This document shows positions 1-9,227 of a DNA stretch of 20,960 nucleotides, in pieces. The notes under the pieces are model-generated. The model did not search any database, had not been told where the DNA came from, and saw only the letters and a program-made list of their open reading frames with translations. The position numbers were made by a program, and so were the translations under genes. How positions within the stretch are numbered: the first letter of the stretch is position 1; each line of letters starts with the position of its first letter. This DNA comes from an uncultured archaeon (GTDB taxonomy: Archaea > Asgardarchaeota > Lokiarchaeia > Sigyniarchaeales > SOKP01): the NCBI GenBank assembly GCA_964525635.1, contig CAZGJX010000083.1:1-20960 (forward strand), read 5' to 3'.

Positions 1-219
1 TATTTAAATGTAATGCAGGAAAGGATTAATTAAAGTTTATCTTGTCGAACTTAAGCATATATATAACATATTTAAATAAATATTTAAATTATTAATCTAA
101 TTTATTTTTTCAAGGATTGTTAGAAAAGGAAAGAACAATGCAATACATATAAAAAGTAATAGTTAAAAAAAAAAAAATTTTTCCTAAGGTAATTTTCTGA
201 TTTTAAAAATAAAAAAAAA

Positions 220-1221
220 TTATGCTTTAGCTTCATTCAAAACCTTCAAGTCATTTTCACTTAATTTTATGTTCAGACTTTCTAAATCTTCATCTAAATG
301 TTCAATAGAACTGGTTGTAACTAGTGGTACTGAAGATGGTGCATTTTGAACTAACCAAGCGAATATAATTTGAATTCTTGTACAATCTTTTTCTTTAGTA
401 ATCTGATCTAAAGCTGCAAGTCTATTATCTAATTCTTTTGTATTGAAATCACCCCAAACACTATTATCTGCATCTTTTGGTATCTTTGCATAATTTCCAT
501 AAATAGTTGGAGTATAAGCTATAAGATTTATTTCTGGATTGTATAATATATAGTCTAATAATTCATTATTAGTATGAATTCCTCTTTTAGCAGGATCTGG
601 TCGTAGATATGTATGAAATTGTTGAATACAAGAATACTCTATCCAATTATTTTGCTGACATATATGTCTACTTCTTTCTAATCTCCATGTTCGATGATTA
701 CTGCATCCAATAGATCTAATGATTCCTTTTTCTATTAATTCATTGAAAGTCCCTAGGGTTTCTTTTAATGGTGTATTTAGATCTTCAACATGAGCATAAT
801 ATAAATCTATATAATCTGTTTGTAATCTTTTAAGGCTTCCTTTGATTGCATTATTAATAGCTTCTTTTGAAAGACCTTCACCATATGACCACCAATTATC
901 AATCATAGTGCCATCAGGATTTTTAATATCATTAATATTCTTTGGATTCGCACCAACTTTTGTAGCAAGAACAATTTCATCACGATTATCTCGTGATTTC
1001 ATCCAATTTCCAATGATAGTCTCACATTCTCCACCTTTGCCATTTGGATTCCAAACCGAATAATTATTAGAGGAATCTAGAAAATTTCCTCCAGCTTCAT
1101 AAAAATGATCTAAAATCTTAAACGCTGTTTTTTCATTAATTTTTGTCCCAAAATCAGTATTTCCCATACCTAATTGAGTTATTTTAATATCTGTTTTTCC
1201 CAATTGTACTTTTTTCATCAT
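220..1221 (-). CDS. Aldo/keto reductase (Tas/aryl-alcohol dehydrogenase-like)
   Basis: 333 aa. N-terminal LGKTDIKITQLGMG. Catalytic tetrad motifs FLDSSNNY (Asp, Tyr), LATK (Lys) and SLKRLQTDYIDLYYAH (His); IGCSN. AGAGG RBS upstream. Confidence 0.93.
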   Translation of the reverse strand: MMKKVQLGKTDIKITQLGMGNTDFGTKINEKTAFKILDHFYEAGGNFLDSSNNYSVWNPNGKGGECETIIGNWMKSRDNRDEIVLATKVGANPKNINDIKNPDGTMIDNWWSYGEGLSKEAINNAIKGSLKRLQTDYIDLYYAHVEDLNTPLKETLGTFNELIEKGIIRSIGCSNHRTWRLERSRHICQQNNWIEYSCIQQFHTYLRPDPAKRGIHTNNELLDYILYNPEINLIAYTPTIYGNYAKIPKDADNSVWGDFNTKELDNRLAALDQITKEKDCTRIQIIFAWLVQNAPSSVPLVTTSSIEHLDEDLESLNIKLSENDLKVLNEAKA

Positions 1222-1300
1222 AAAACCTCTTTTCTTTTTTTAAAAATTTAAAATTAATTTTATAATCAAAAGAAAAAATAATTTAAAATCAAATGAGATA

Positions 1301-1615
1301 TTATTCTTCGATTTTTTCTATTTTAAAAAAAACTGGTCGAACACCATCAATACAACATGTAATAAACATATTCTTGTTTTTAAACCACATACCAAAATTA
1401 CCATCAGCTATAAATGCAATAATTGACTTATAGATATCATTTTATGCTCAGGTACAAAATCCCTCAGGTATACCGCTAAAACCATCAGTAATAAATTCCT
1501 GTCCCTTTTTAAAATTTTCACATGGACCATAAGGTTTTAATTTTTCTGCAATGTATTTATCTGCTATGTCTCGATAATAATTTTTTCTCAACACTGTTAT
1601 TTTACAATTATCCAA
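1301..1615 (-). pseudogene. TIGR04076-family-like small Cys-rich protein interrupted by two in-frame stops
   Basis: Manual translation from TTG at 1615: MDNCKITVLRKNYYRDIADKYIAEKLKPYGPCENFKKGQEFITDGFSGIPEGFCT*A*NDIYKSIIAFIADGNFGMWFKNKNMFITCCIDGVRPVFFKIEKIEE*. The motifs CKITVL, GPCxxFxxGQEF, PEGFCx(W)A(W)xDI and CCxDGxRPVxFKIE match the family as I recall it. TGA at 1450-1448, TAA at 1444-1442, no frameshift. Confidence 0.85.
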
Positions 1616-1895
1616 TATTTTCCCAACCTAAGTTTTATAGAGAATTCGATTATTTTTTCAATTTTTATAAATTCATTTCTTGTTATTTTGTAAAGAAAAA
1701 TCATTTATAAATATAACTACTTTCATGGTTCCCTGCGTACTAATAAATTAGGGCTTGGTACTAAAATCGTATAATGTTTTAAATTAAGATTATTCTATCA
1801 GAAATTGAAAAGATTAATTAATTTCAAGTGATTTATTTATTGTATTTTTAAAATTAGATAAATTAATGACTTAGATTTCAAAAAATATAACATTA

Positions 1896-3296
1896 TTAAT
1901 CCCAATTATCAAGGGCATATTCCATATATTCAATTGCTTTTAATTCATTAGATTTTGCCGTATCTAATAAGGATATACCTTGATCTACAGTCTTATTATT
2001 TAATATATTTGAATCTTGTTCAAAATAAGGAAATAATTCCGAGTATTCTTCTAGATTATGTTTAATTTTCCTATAATGTTTATTTGCTTGATTAAGAAAT
2101 TTTTTTGAGGATTGATTAGGTGTGCTATTTGATAGCCAATCTAAATATTCTGAACATGTATTTTTTGCATCATTGTAAAATTTAGCGAGGAATGAATTAC
2201 CAAAAATATTAAAATTATTTAAGTGATAATTTTCAAGAATATTACTCCATTCTGAATAAGCATCTGGACCTGCTACAAAATTAGATTTTGCCACATTAAT
2301 ACCCTTTGCAAATAAAATTGCACGTTTTAAAGAATCCTTATTGATATCTCTATTTTCATTATTGGAAAATCGGTCTTTGAAATAAAAATAATGAAATATA
2401 TCTAAAGGTTGGAGTTCATCATATTTTATTGGAGTATCTTCTTTCCCAAATAATCTAAAATAGGTACTTACTAAATAACTATCTTTCTGATAACCCCGTA
2501 TAATACCATAAGCAGGAACTCTTAATCCCCACATAATTACTGGTGTATCATCTATTTGAATTAATTGTTTTATCTTCTCAAAAATTTCTTCTGCTAATTT
2601 CAAATCTTCCTCAACTAATTTTCGAGATCTTGGATTTTTCATTTTTATTCTAACATTAATGATATTCCAACCAAAATCCTCTGTTCCTTTTTGAATTAAA
2701 TCCCATGCCGTATCAGATAATAGACTTTCAGCAAGAAAAGAAATCCATCCTTTTTGGATATTTGTTATAAAACTATACCCCGATTGTCCACCTACATGTA
2801 TATAATTATATTTCATTCCTAAGGACATTAAAATTCCGGATACGGATGAGATATATGAATTCCATCCTCCTTGATAAATTGGATTTGAGCCCACCATTTT
2901 TCCTAAAGGACTTAAAGGTAAACGATTGTATTTAAATTGCTCACTTATATAATCCTGTTCAATTTGAAGTTTCATATGTGATCTTTGATAAGTTAAAACA
3001 ATATTTTTAACAAAATCTATTCCATCTATACTTATTTTATATAGTCCTCTTTGTGTTCTTTTAATTAATCCAGAATTGATCAGACTAGATATATGATGTA
3101 TCAAGCTAGTCTTTTTTAATTGAGTAGTATCTAAAAAAAAAGAAAATAGTTTGGGACTTAAGAGAAGTTCAGCAAGGATTTTAAGCCTAATTGAATTCCC
3201 AGCAGATTTTAATATATTTGATATATTATCAAGAGAATCAATTAATATATTATATATTTTTTTATTATCGATAATATTATCCAATGTATCATTCAC
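1896..3296 (-). CDS. ArsR-like winged helix-turn-helix protein fused to a large uncharacterised C-terminal domain
   Basis: N-terminal LKSAGNSIRLKILAELL...KTSLIHHISSLINSGLIKRTQRGLYKIS is an ArsR-type wHTH. The roughly 330-aa C-terminal region (GGQSGYSF...GPDAYSEW...LFPY) is of uncertain function. Confidence 0.75.
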   Translation of the reverse strand: MNDTLDNIIDNKKIYNILIDSLDNISNILKSAGNSIRLKILAELLLSPKLFSFFLDTTQLKKTSLIHHISSLINSGLIKRTQRGLYKISIDGIDFVKNIVLTYQRSHMKLQIEQDYISEQFKYNRLPLSPLGKMVGSNPIYQGGWNSYISSVSGILMSLGMKYNYIHVGGQSGYSFITNIQKGWISFLAESLLSDTAWDLIQKGTEDFGWNIINVRIKMKNPRSRKLVEEDLKLAEEIFEKIKQLIQIDDTPVIMWGLRVPAYGIIRGYQKDSYLVSTYFRLFGKEDTPIKYDELQPLDIFHYFYFKDRFSNNENRDINKDSLKRAILFAKGINVAKSNFVAGPDAYSEWSNILENYHLNNFNIFGNSFLAKFYNDAKNTCSEYLDWLSNSTPNQSSKKFLNQANKHYRKIKHNLEEYSELFPYFEQDSNILNNKTVDQGISLLDTAKSNELKAIEYMEYALDNWD

Positions 3297-3777
3297 TTAT
3301 AAATTAATTATAAACGGTTCAAGAATTTTATAAATTTATAATTTTTATGAAAAAATTACAATTTTTCTTAAAAACCTTTTTTTTTACTTATATCTAAGCA
3401 ATTATTTCTAATTAATTTATCCTAATTTTCCCGAATAATAGAACTAATTTTATAACCCTTTATAATAAAAGTATTTTTAGAATATTTTTTTTGAAATAGT
3501 CTAAATGAATTATTAATATATTTATCGAATATATTCAATGTTAGATATCGAATAAACTAAACTTATTATTACCAACTTAAAATTGCATATAATACTATTA
3601 TCATTCTTAAATTAGTTATTGTAAACAATATTATAGGAATATATATAATCTATTATTCTAATTTATAAAACAATATTCTAATTTAAATTCAATAATCTTA
3701 ATAAAATGATTAAAATCGGTTAAATAATCTTATTGAAATCAACAATTTTTTATCTATTTTTGCATTAATTTATAAAT

Positions 3778-4218
3778 ATGAGTAAACCTAAATATGAGAT
3801 AGTAAAGTGGGAAAGTTATGAAATAGGAGATTCTGCGTCTCATACAAAAACCATCACGGAAACAGATATAATTCTATTTGCAGGAATTACAGGAGATTTC
3901 AATCCATTACATATGGATGAAGAATTTGCAAAAATCCAGATGTTTAAAAAGCGGATAATACATGGAGCATTCAGTGTTGGATTAATATCAGCAGTTTTAG
4001 GCACTAAATTATTTGGTCCAGGAATTTTATATGGTTCCCAAAATGTTAAATTTTTAAAACCAGTCTTCATAGGTGACACTTTATCTGCTGTAGCAACTGT
4101 TAAAGATAAATATACAAAAAAGGAAGGAAAATTAAAATTTCTTAAAATTGAAACAAAAGTATATAACCAAAATGATGAAGTTGTTACTGATGGCGAAGCA
4201 GAAATAATCTTTATGTAA
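3778..4218 (+). CDS. MaoC/PhaJ-family (R)-specific enoyl-CoA hydratase/dehydratase (hot-dog fold)
   Basis: Hydratase-2 motif FAGITGDFNPLHMD (catalytic Asp/His), RIIHG and FLKPVFIGDT. Confidence 0.93.
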   Translation: MSKPKYEIVKWESYEIGDSASHTKTITETDIILFAGITGDFNPLHMDEEFAKIQMFKKRIIHGAFSVGLISAVLGTKLFGPGILYGSQNVKFLKPVFIGDTLSAVATVKDKYTKKEGKLKFLKIETKVYNQNDEVVTDGEAEIIFM

Positions 4219-4228
4219 ATTTGCTTTG

Positions 4229-4330
4229 TAATAATATTATTTTAAGTTTATTTTTTTTCTGTTTTTTTTTATTTCTTAATTTTTATTGGAGATTAGACAA
4301 CATTTTTTTGTTAATTTTTTTTTTTAATTT
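4229..4330. terminator. Probable oligo(T) termination region between the convergent MaoC and adenosyltransferase genes
   Basis: Several long T runs on the + strand just after the MaoC stop, and A-rich sequence further right (T on the - strand). Consistent with archaeal-type U-rich terminators. Confidence 0.4.
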
Positions 4331-4426
4331 TAGTTTAAATAAGCAAATTAAAGAAGAAAATTAATAATTAACAAAAACGGAGATGAGAAAGTTTTTACAA
4401 TAATATTATCAATTTTAGGCACAAAC

Positions 4427-4963
4427 TTAATACTCTATACCATATCTAGCAATAATCCCTTTAGCGGAATAATAATGTTTCACTTGTTTCATTTCTGTAA
4501 CTAAATCAGCTACTTCTTTCAATTTTGGATGAATTTTTTGTCCACCAGTAAGTATTAATTCAACCTTCTCAGGTTTTTTTTCAATCAATTTCATTACATC
4601 ATCAATAGAAACGACTCCCATCTCGACTGCTACTCCAATTTCATCCAAAATAATTATATCATATTCATTTTTATTAAATACACTCTCAGCGAAGTTTATA
4701 GCTTTTTTTCCTTGATCTAAGTCAATATCTCTTGGACTTTCAATAAGTTCTTTAGTTCCAAATTGCTTTACTTGAAAATAAGGATTCTGTTTTATTGCTT
4801 CGATCTCCCCATATTCCATATTACCTTTCATAAATTGAATCATAAATACCTTAAAACCATGACCAGTTGCTCGAAAGCCCTGACCAATAGCTGCTGTTGT
4901 TTTTCCCTTACCTCTTCCATAGTAGCATTGAATTAATCCATATTCTAATCTTTTTCTCATCAT
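4427..4963 (-). CDS. cobO: ATP:cob(I)alamin adenosyltransferase, CobA/BtuR/CobO type
   Basis: P-loop YYGRGKGKTTAAIG, IQFMKG, YDIIILDE, ADLVTEM...KH and C-terminal ARYGIEY. Confidence 0.93.
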   Translation of the reverse strand: MMRKRLEYGLIQCYYGRGKGKTTAAIGQGFRATGHGFKVFMIQFMKGNMEYGEIEAIKQNPYFQVKQFGTKELIESPRDIDLDQGKKAINFAESVFNKNEYDIIILDEIGVAVEMGVVSIDDVMKLIEKKPEKVELILTGGQKIHPKLKEVADLVTEMKQVKHYYSAKGIIARYGIEY

Positions 4964-5155
4964 TAAATACCTTTTTAATTCTATTAAATATTAATTTGGA
5001 GTTATTAATCATATTAATTTCAAATTTGATTTATTATTATTTAAGAATTATTTATTATTCAATCAAAATTTTATCGATTCTTTAATTATTTATAAGATGT
5101 TTCAAAAGTTATCATATATTAATCAATGAAAATTAAAATAAATTTAAGATAACTG

Positions 5156-6037
5156 ATGCCACAGACTAAATTAATGGATTTGGAAGAAGCTATATCCACA
5201 TACATAGATGATGGAGATCTAATTGGGATTGGAGGATTATCCTTTTGGAGAAAACCAATAGCTACTTGCAGGGAAATCATTAGACAAAAAAAGAAAGAGC
5301 TTTCAATCTGTACTTTTGTGGGAGGTTTAGATGTTGATATGCTAATTGCGGCGGGATGTGTATCGGAAATCAGATCTTCTTTTGTAGGAATGGAAGTATT
5401 TGGAATGGCCCCTAATTATCGAAAAGCAGTTCAAGAAGCTAGTATAAAAATTATTGAAGAAACTGAAGCTTCAATAGCATTGGGATTAAAAGCCTCATAT
5501 TTAAAAGTACCTTTTATGCCATTGAAAGGAATAATCGGAACAGATTTTCCAAAAATTAGAAAGGATATAAAAGAATTTGAAGATCCTTTAGGTAGTGGAA
5601 TTAAATTAATGGCTCTTCCAAAAATAGATTTAGATGTTGCTATATTACATGTTCCCTATGCAGATGAGTATGGAAATGGGAATGTGGCTGGAGCAGTTTG
5701 GTTAGATGATGATATGGCTAAGACGGCTAAAAAGACCATTATTACTTGTGAAAAAATAGTTGAATTGAATGATATGATAAATTTACCAGGAAAAGCACAA
5801 TTGCCTATGCAGACAACAAAAGCAGTAGTTAAAGTTCCATTTGGAGCTCATCCAACTTCTTGCTATGACAAATATACATTTGATGCCTTGCATATTCAAA
5901 AATATATGAAAATTGATTTTAAAGATTATAAAAAGAAATATATTAATTTAGATTCTCATACACAGTATTTAGAAGAAGTGGGAGGGTCGCAGATGATTTC
6001 AAATATTAATCTACAAACGAAAAATACTTCAAATTGA
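5156..6037 (+). CDS. Family I CoA-transferase-like protein, alpha subunit (GctA/CatI/IpdA-like)
   Basis: KLMDLEEAI...DGDLIGIGG, DMLIAAGCV, VPFMP, DVAILHVPYADEYGN and VVKVPFGAHPTSC are typical of GctA-type subunits. Confidence 0.9.
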   Translation: MPQTKLMDLEEAISTYIDDGDLIGIGGLSFWRKPIATCREIIRQKKKELSICTFVGGLDVDMLIAAGCVSEIRSSFVGMEVFGMAPNYRKAVQEASIKIIEETEASIALGLKASYLKVPFMPLKGIIGTDFPKIRKDIKEFEDPLGSGIKLMALPKIDLDVAILHVPYADEYGNGNVAGAVWLDDDMAKTAKKTIITCEKIVELNDMINLPGKAQLPMQTTKAVVKVPFGAHPTSCYDKYTFDALHIQKYMKIDFKDYKKKYINLDSHTQYLEEVGGSQMISNINLQTKNTSN

Positions 6038-6068
6038 ATTAAAAAAAAAAGAGAAGGATTAAAATAAA

Positions 6069-6944
6069 ATGAGTGAAGAATCAAAAGATTATTCAATAGA
6101 TGAAATGATGGCCGTTTTAATGGCTAGAGAAGTCAGAAATGATGATGTTATGATTGTTGGTGTTGCTACTCCAATGGTTTGGTCAGCATTTACTTTAGCA
6201 AAATTAACTAATGCACCAAACGCTATTTATCATTATATTATGGGAAATACTTTTGTCTTCGAACCATGCCAAGTTTCATTATTATATCTTGAAATGAATA
6301 CAACAAGGGCTTATCGATTTCAAAACTCTGGAGAATGTACCTTGGAATCACTTCCATCTGATAATTTGACTACAATAGAATTTTTTAGACCTGCTCAAAT
6401 TGATCAATATGGAAATACAAATAATATTTGTATCGGAGATTGGTATAAACCTAAAATTAGATTACCAGGATGTGCGGGGATAGCAGATTTCTCAATGTTT
6501 TATTCACGTGGGACTTTTTTATACACTCCAAGACATGATACTAGAAGATTTGTTCCAAAGGTTGATTTTATTTCAGGAGTTGGTTTTCAAAATGGAAACA
6601 ATCCTTTATGTGGAGGTGCAGGACCTCAATCGGTTATAACCAATTTGGCTTATCTAGACTTTGAAGAAAGAAGTAAAACTATGAGATTGGCATCTTTACA
6701 TCCAGATATTGATATTGAGACAATTATAAAATCAACTGGTTTTGATTTAATTATTCCAAATAAAATAAAGAATACAAAACCTCCTACTAAAAAAGAAATA
6801 AAATTATTAAGAGAAAAGATAGATCCATTAAATATAAGGAAGTTAGAAGTGCTTACTGGAAAGGAAAGGGAAGAATTATTAAGTATCATTATAGAAAAAG
6901 AATTAGCAATGACAAATAAAATTCCTTTATTGTTAAATTCTTAG
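6069..6944 (+). CDS. Family I CoA-transferase-like protein, beta subunit (GctB/CatJ/IpdB-like), canonical catalytic Glu absent
   Basis: YSIDEMMAV, LAKLTNAPN, AQIDQYGNTN, RLPGCAGIAD, FVPKVDFISG, VITNL and MRLASLHP. Starts 31 bp after the alpha subunit stop on the same strand. Confidence 0.9.
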   Translation: MSEESKDYSIDEMMAVLMAREVRNDDVMIVGVATPMVWSAFTLAKLTNAPNAIYHYIMGNTFVFEPCQVSLLYLEMNTTRAYRFQNSGECTLESLPSDNLTTIEFFRPAQIDQYGNTNNICIGDWYKPKIRLPGCAGIADFSMFYSRGTFLYTPRHDTRRFVPKVDFISGVGFQNGNNPLCGGAGPQSVITNLAYLDFEERSKTMRLASLHPDIDIETIIKSTGFDLIIPNKIKNTKPPTKKEIKLLREKIDPLNIRKLEVLTGKEREELLSIIIEKELAMTNKIPLLLNS

Positions 6945-6955
6945 ATATATATTTA

Positions 6956-7933
6956 TCAATCATCCTTTTTAATTTTAAGATGAATATGATAATATAATTC
7001 TTTAAGTTCATTATATATATCAAATTTGTTATCTATTAATTTTAAAGCAATATTATTCAATTCATTATTGTTAAAGATTCGTTCAAAAATTATTTTTTCA
7101 ATAGTATCAACCATAGATTCTTTAATTTTATACATATAGCGTTGTTTCATTTTTATTTTGATTTTTTCAGAAAGTTCCAAATATTCTTTATGTTCATATA
7201 TTTTTTCAATTAATTCATCAATACCTTCACCAGTTATAGAATTTGTCATCAAAACGGGAGGTCTCCAACCAGATTGAGTAATTGTAGAATCATCTAACAT
7301 AAGTTCAATTTGAACAGCAATGTCTTCTCCACCCAAATCTTTCTTATTTATATTGTATATCTCACCTATTTCAATAATTCCAGCTTTTTGAATTTGAATA
7401 GCATCACCATAACCAGGCACTAAAACTACAACAGTGCTATAAACTAAGTTATGGATTTCAAGTTCTGCTTGTCCAACACCAACAGTCTCAATTATTATTA
7501 TATCCATACCAAAAGCTTCATACAATAAAGTTATGTCGAATACTGCTCTGGAGATTCCCCCCGCATAACCACGAGTTGCTAAACTTCTTATAAAAACATT
7601 AGGATGACATGTAATCTTGGTCATTCTTATACGATCTCCTAGAAAAGCCCCACCACTAAAAGGTGATGTAGGATCAACAGATATAATTCCAACTTTTTTA
7701 CCATCTTCTGCTAGTGTCATTGCAACTTGACCCGTTAGAGTACTTTTTCCAACACCCGGAGAGCCTGTGATTCCTATAATATATGAATCATGTTTTAGAT
7801 TATTAAAATCTTTAAATATCTTTGATGCTGATGAGGGATCATTTTCAACCAAAGTTATCAATTTTGCAAGAGCAATTTTATCTTTTTCTTTAAATCTCTG
7901 ACATAATTGGTCAATATTATCGTTTGTATTCAA
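6956..7933 (-). CDS. meaB: MeaB/ArgK/MMAA GTPase chaperone for AdoCbl-dependent acyl-CoA mutase
   Basis: ALAKLITLVEN, Walker A GITGSPGVGKST, VDPTSPFSGGAFLGDRIRM, VFIRSLATRG, IETVGVGQAE, GDAIQIQKAG and NKKD. TTG start with GGGTG upstream. Confidence 0.96.
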   Translation of the reverse strand: MNTNDNIDQLCQRFKEKDKIALAKLITLVENDPSSASKIFKDFNNLKHDSYIIGITGSPGVGKSTLTGQVAMTLAEDGKKVGIISVDPTSPFSGGAFLGDRIRMTKITCHPNVFIRSLATRGYAGGISRAVFDITLLYEAFGMDIIIIETVGVGQAELEIHNLVYSTVVVLVPGYGDAIQIQKAGIIEIGEIYNINKKDLGGEDIAVQIELMLDDSTITQSGWRPPVLMTNSITGEGIDELIEKIYEHKEYLELSEKIKIKMKQRYMYKIKESMVDTIEKIIFERIFNNNELNNIALKLIDNKFDIYNELKELYYHIHLKIKKDD

Positions 7934-8136
7934 TAATAGGCACCCTGTGGTAAATATATGTGGTCTTTTTTAGTATATCACAATTTATGGTTTAATAGAT
8001 ATTACTTATCTAATAAATTAAGAAATATTAGGTTCAATAATTATTTTATGAAAATACTCATAGTTTAATTCTAATTTGAATTAATGACTTTAAATAAATA
8101 ATTAAATTGAAATAATATAGATCCAAAATACTGAAT

Positions 8137-8535
8137 TTACTTATTAATACTACTTGTAATAAAATCTACTATATCTTTTGTAATTGTTCCTGGACCATAA
8201 ATATTTGCAACACCTAATTCCTTTAATTTTGGAAAATCATTTACAGGTATTACTCCTCCTAAAATTATCAAGAAATTGTTTTTTACGCCTTTTTTATCTA
8301 ATTTTTCGATTAGTTGCTTCGTAAAAATCGTATGCGCTCCTGAATGGATACTCATCCCTATCACATCTACATCTTCATGAATTGCTGACTCGACTATTTG
8401 ATCAATACTTTGAAATCCCCCATAAATAAGCTCCATACCTGCATCTCTTAAAGCACGAGCCACAACTATAGATCCTCTGAAATGACCTCCGATTCCAGGC
8501 TTTGAGATTAAAACTCTTATTTTTTTTTCAGCCAT
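8137..8535 (-). CDS. Cobalamin-binding small subunit of acyl-CoA mutase (variant motif GGHFRG)
   Basis: KIRVLISKPG-IGGH-FRG, ARALRDAGME, EDVDVIGMSIHSGAH, LGGVIP and YGPGT. ATG at 8535 preferred over the TTG at 8541. Confidence 0.93.
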   Translation of the reverse strand: MAEKKIRVLISKPGIGGHFRGSIVVARALRDAGMELIYGGFQSIDQIVESAIHEDVDVIGMSIHSGAHTIFTKQLIEKLDKKGVKNNFLIILGGVIPVNDFPKLKELGVANIYGPGTITKDIVDFITSSINK

Positions 8536-8750
8536 AATCAATTCAATTTAATTAAAATCTAATTTCCATAATTAATTTTAAATTTTTAATAGTCAATAAT
8601 TTTAAATTTTTCCGATTTAGATTATATATTGTTTTAAAATATTAGTATATTTATTTAAATATCAAATTAATAAATTAAATAATAATAAAATACTTAACCT
8701 CATAGAAAAATAAAACAAAATATAAATTAAATTAATGTTTATAGATTAAA

Positions 8751-9227
8751 ATGCCAGGATTAACGCATATAGGAATTGCTTTTATTGTGGGAGCAGTAGT
8801 ACCTAGTGTTCCTCTTTGGGCTTTATTGATTGCCACTGAATTTATTGATATAATTTGTATAATTCTTTGCATAATAGGAATTGAAAAAATACCTAATAAA
8901 GAAAATGCACCTATAGCACCTTATTCTCATGGACTTTTTATGGCGTTGATTTGGACATTAGTTGCAACTTTAATTACTTGGTTCATTAGTTACGATACAT
9001 TTACAACAATAATCATTGGAAGTGTTGTTTTTAGTCATTGGATTCTAGATTTTATCGCATCCCCAATGACTTATACATATCCTAAGGATACTGGAAAACC
9101 TATTTTTTTCCAAAATTCGCGTAAAATAGGTCTTGGTTTATGGAGATCAAAAATAATAGTTATTATTGGTGAATATATTATTACTCTCTTTGGTATTACC
9201 ATTTATATAATATCATTATTTTTATAA
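8751..9227 (+). CDS. Putative membrane-bound metal-dependent hydrolase (YdjM-like)
   Basis: Several hydrophobic segments with an N-terminal His (THIG), EFID, PYSHGL and SHWILD, as in YdjM/DUF457-like proteins. Confidence 0.7.
   Translation: MPGLTHIGIAFIVGAVVPSVPLWALLIATEFIDIICIILCIIGIEKIPNKENAPIAPYSHGLFMALIWTLVATLITWFISYDTFTTIIIGSVVFSHWILDFIASPMTYTYPKDTGKPIFFQNSRKIGLGLWRSKIIVIIGEYIITLFGITIYIISLFL

Noticed and set aside
842-1063. 73-aa + strand ORF
   Set aside because: Antisense shadow of the aldo/keto reductase.
1442-1450. Selenocysteine or genetic-code reassignment at the in-frame TGA
   Set aside because: The position corresponds to Trp, not Cys. A TAA follows two codons later. TGA serves as the stop for other genes here (6035-6037 and the meaB stop), and Trp is TGG elsewhere.
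1522-1710. 62-aa + strand ORF
   Set aside because: Overlaps the TIGR04076-like pseudogene on the opposite strand, with low-complexity F/Y/N composition.
3151-5085. Short ORFs 3151-3333, 3840-4079 and 4897-5085
   Set aside because: Antisense overlaps of well-supported genes, with no motifs.
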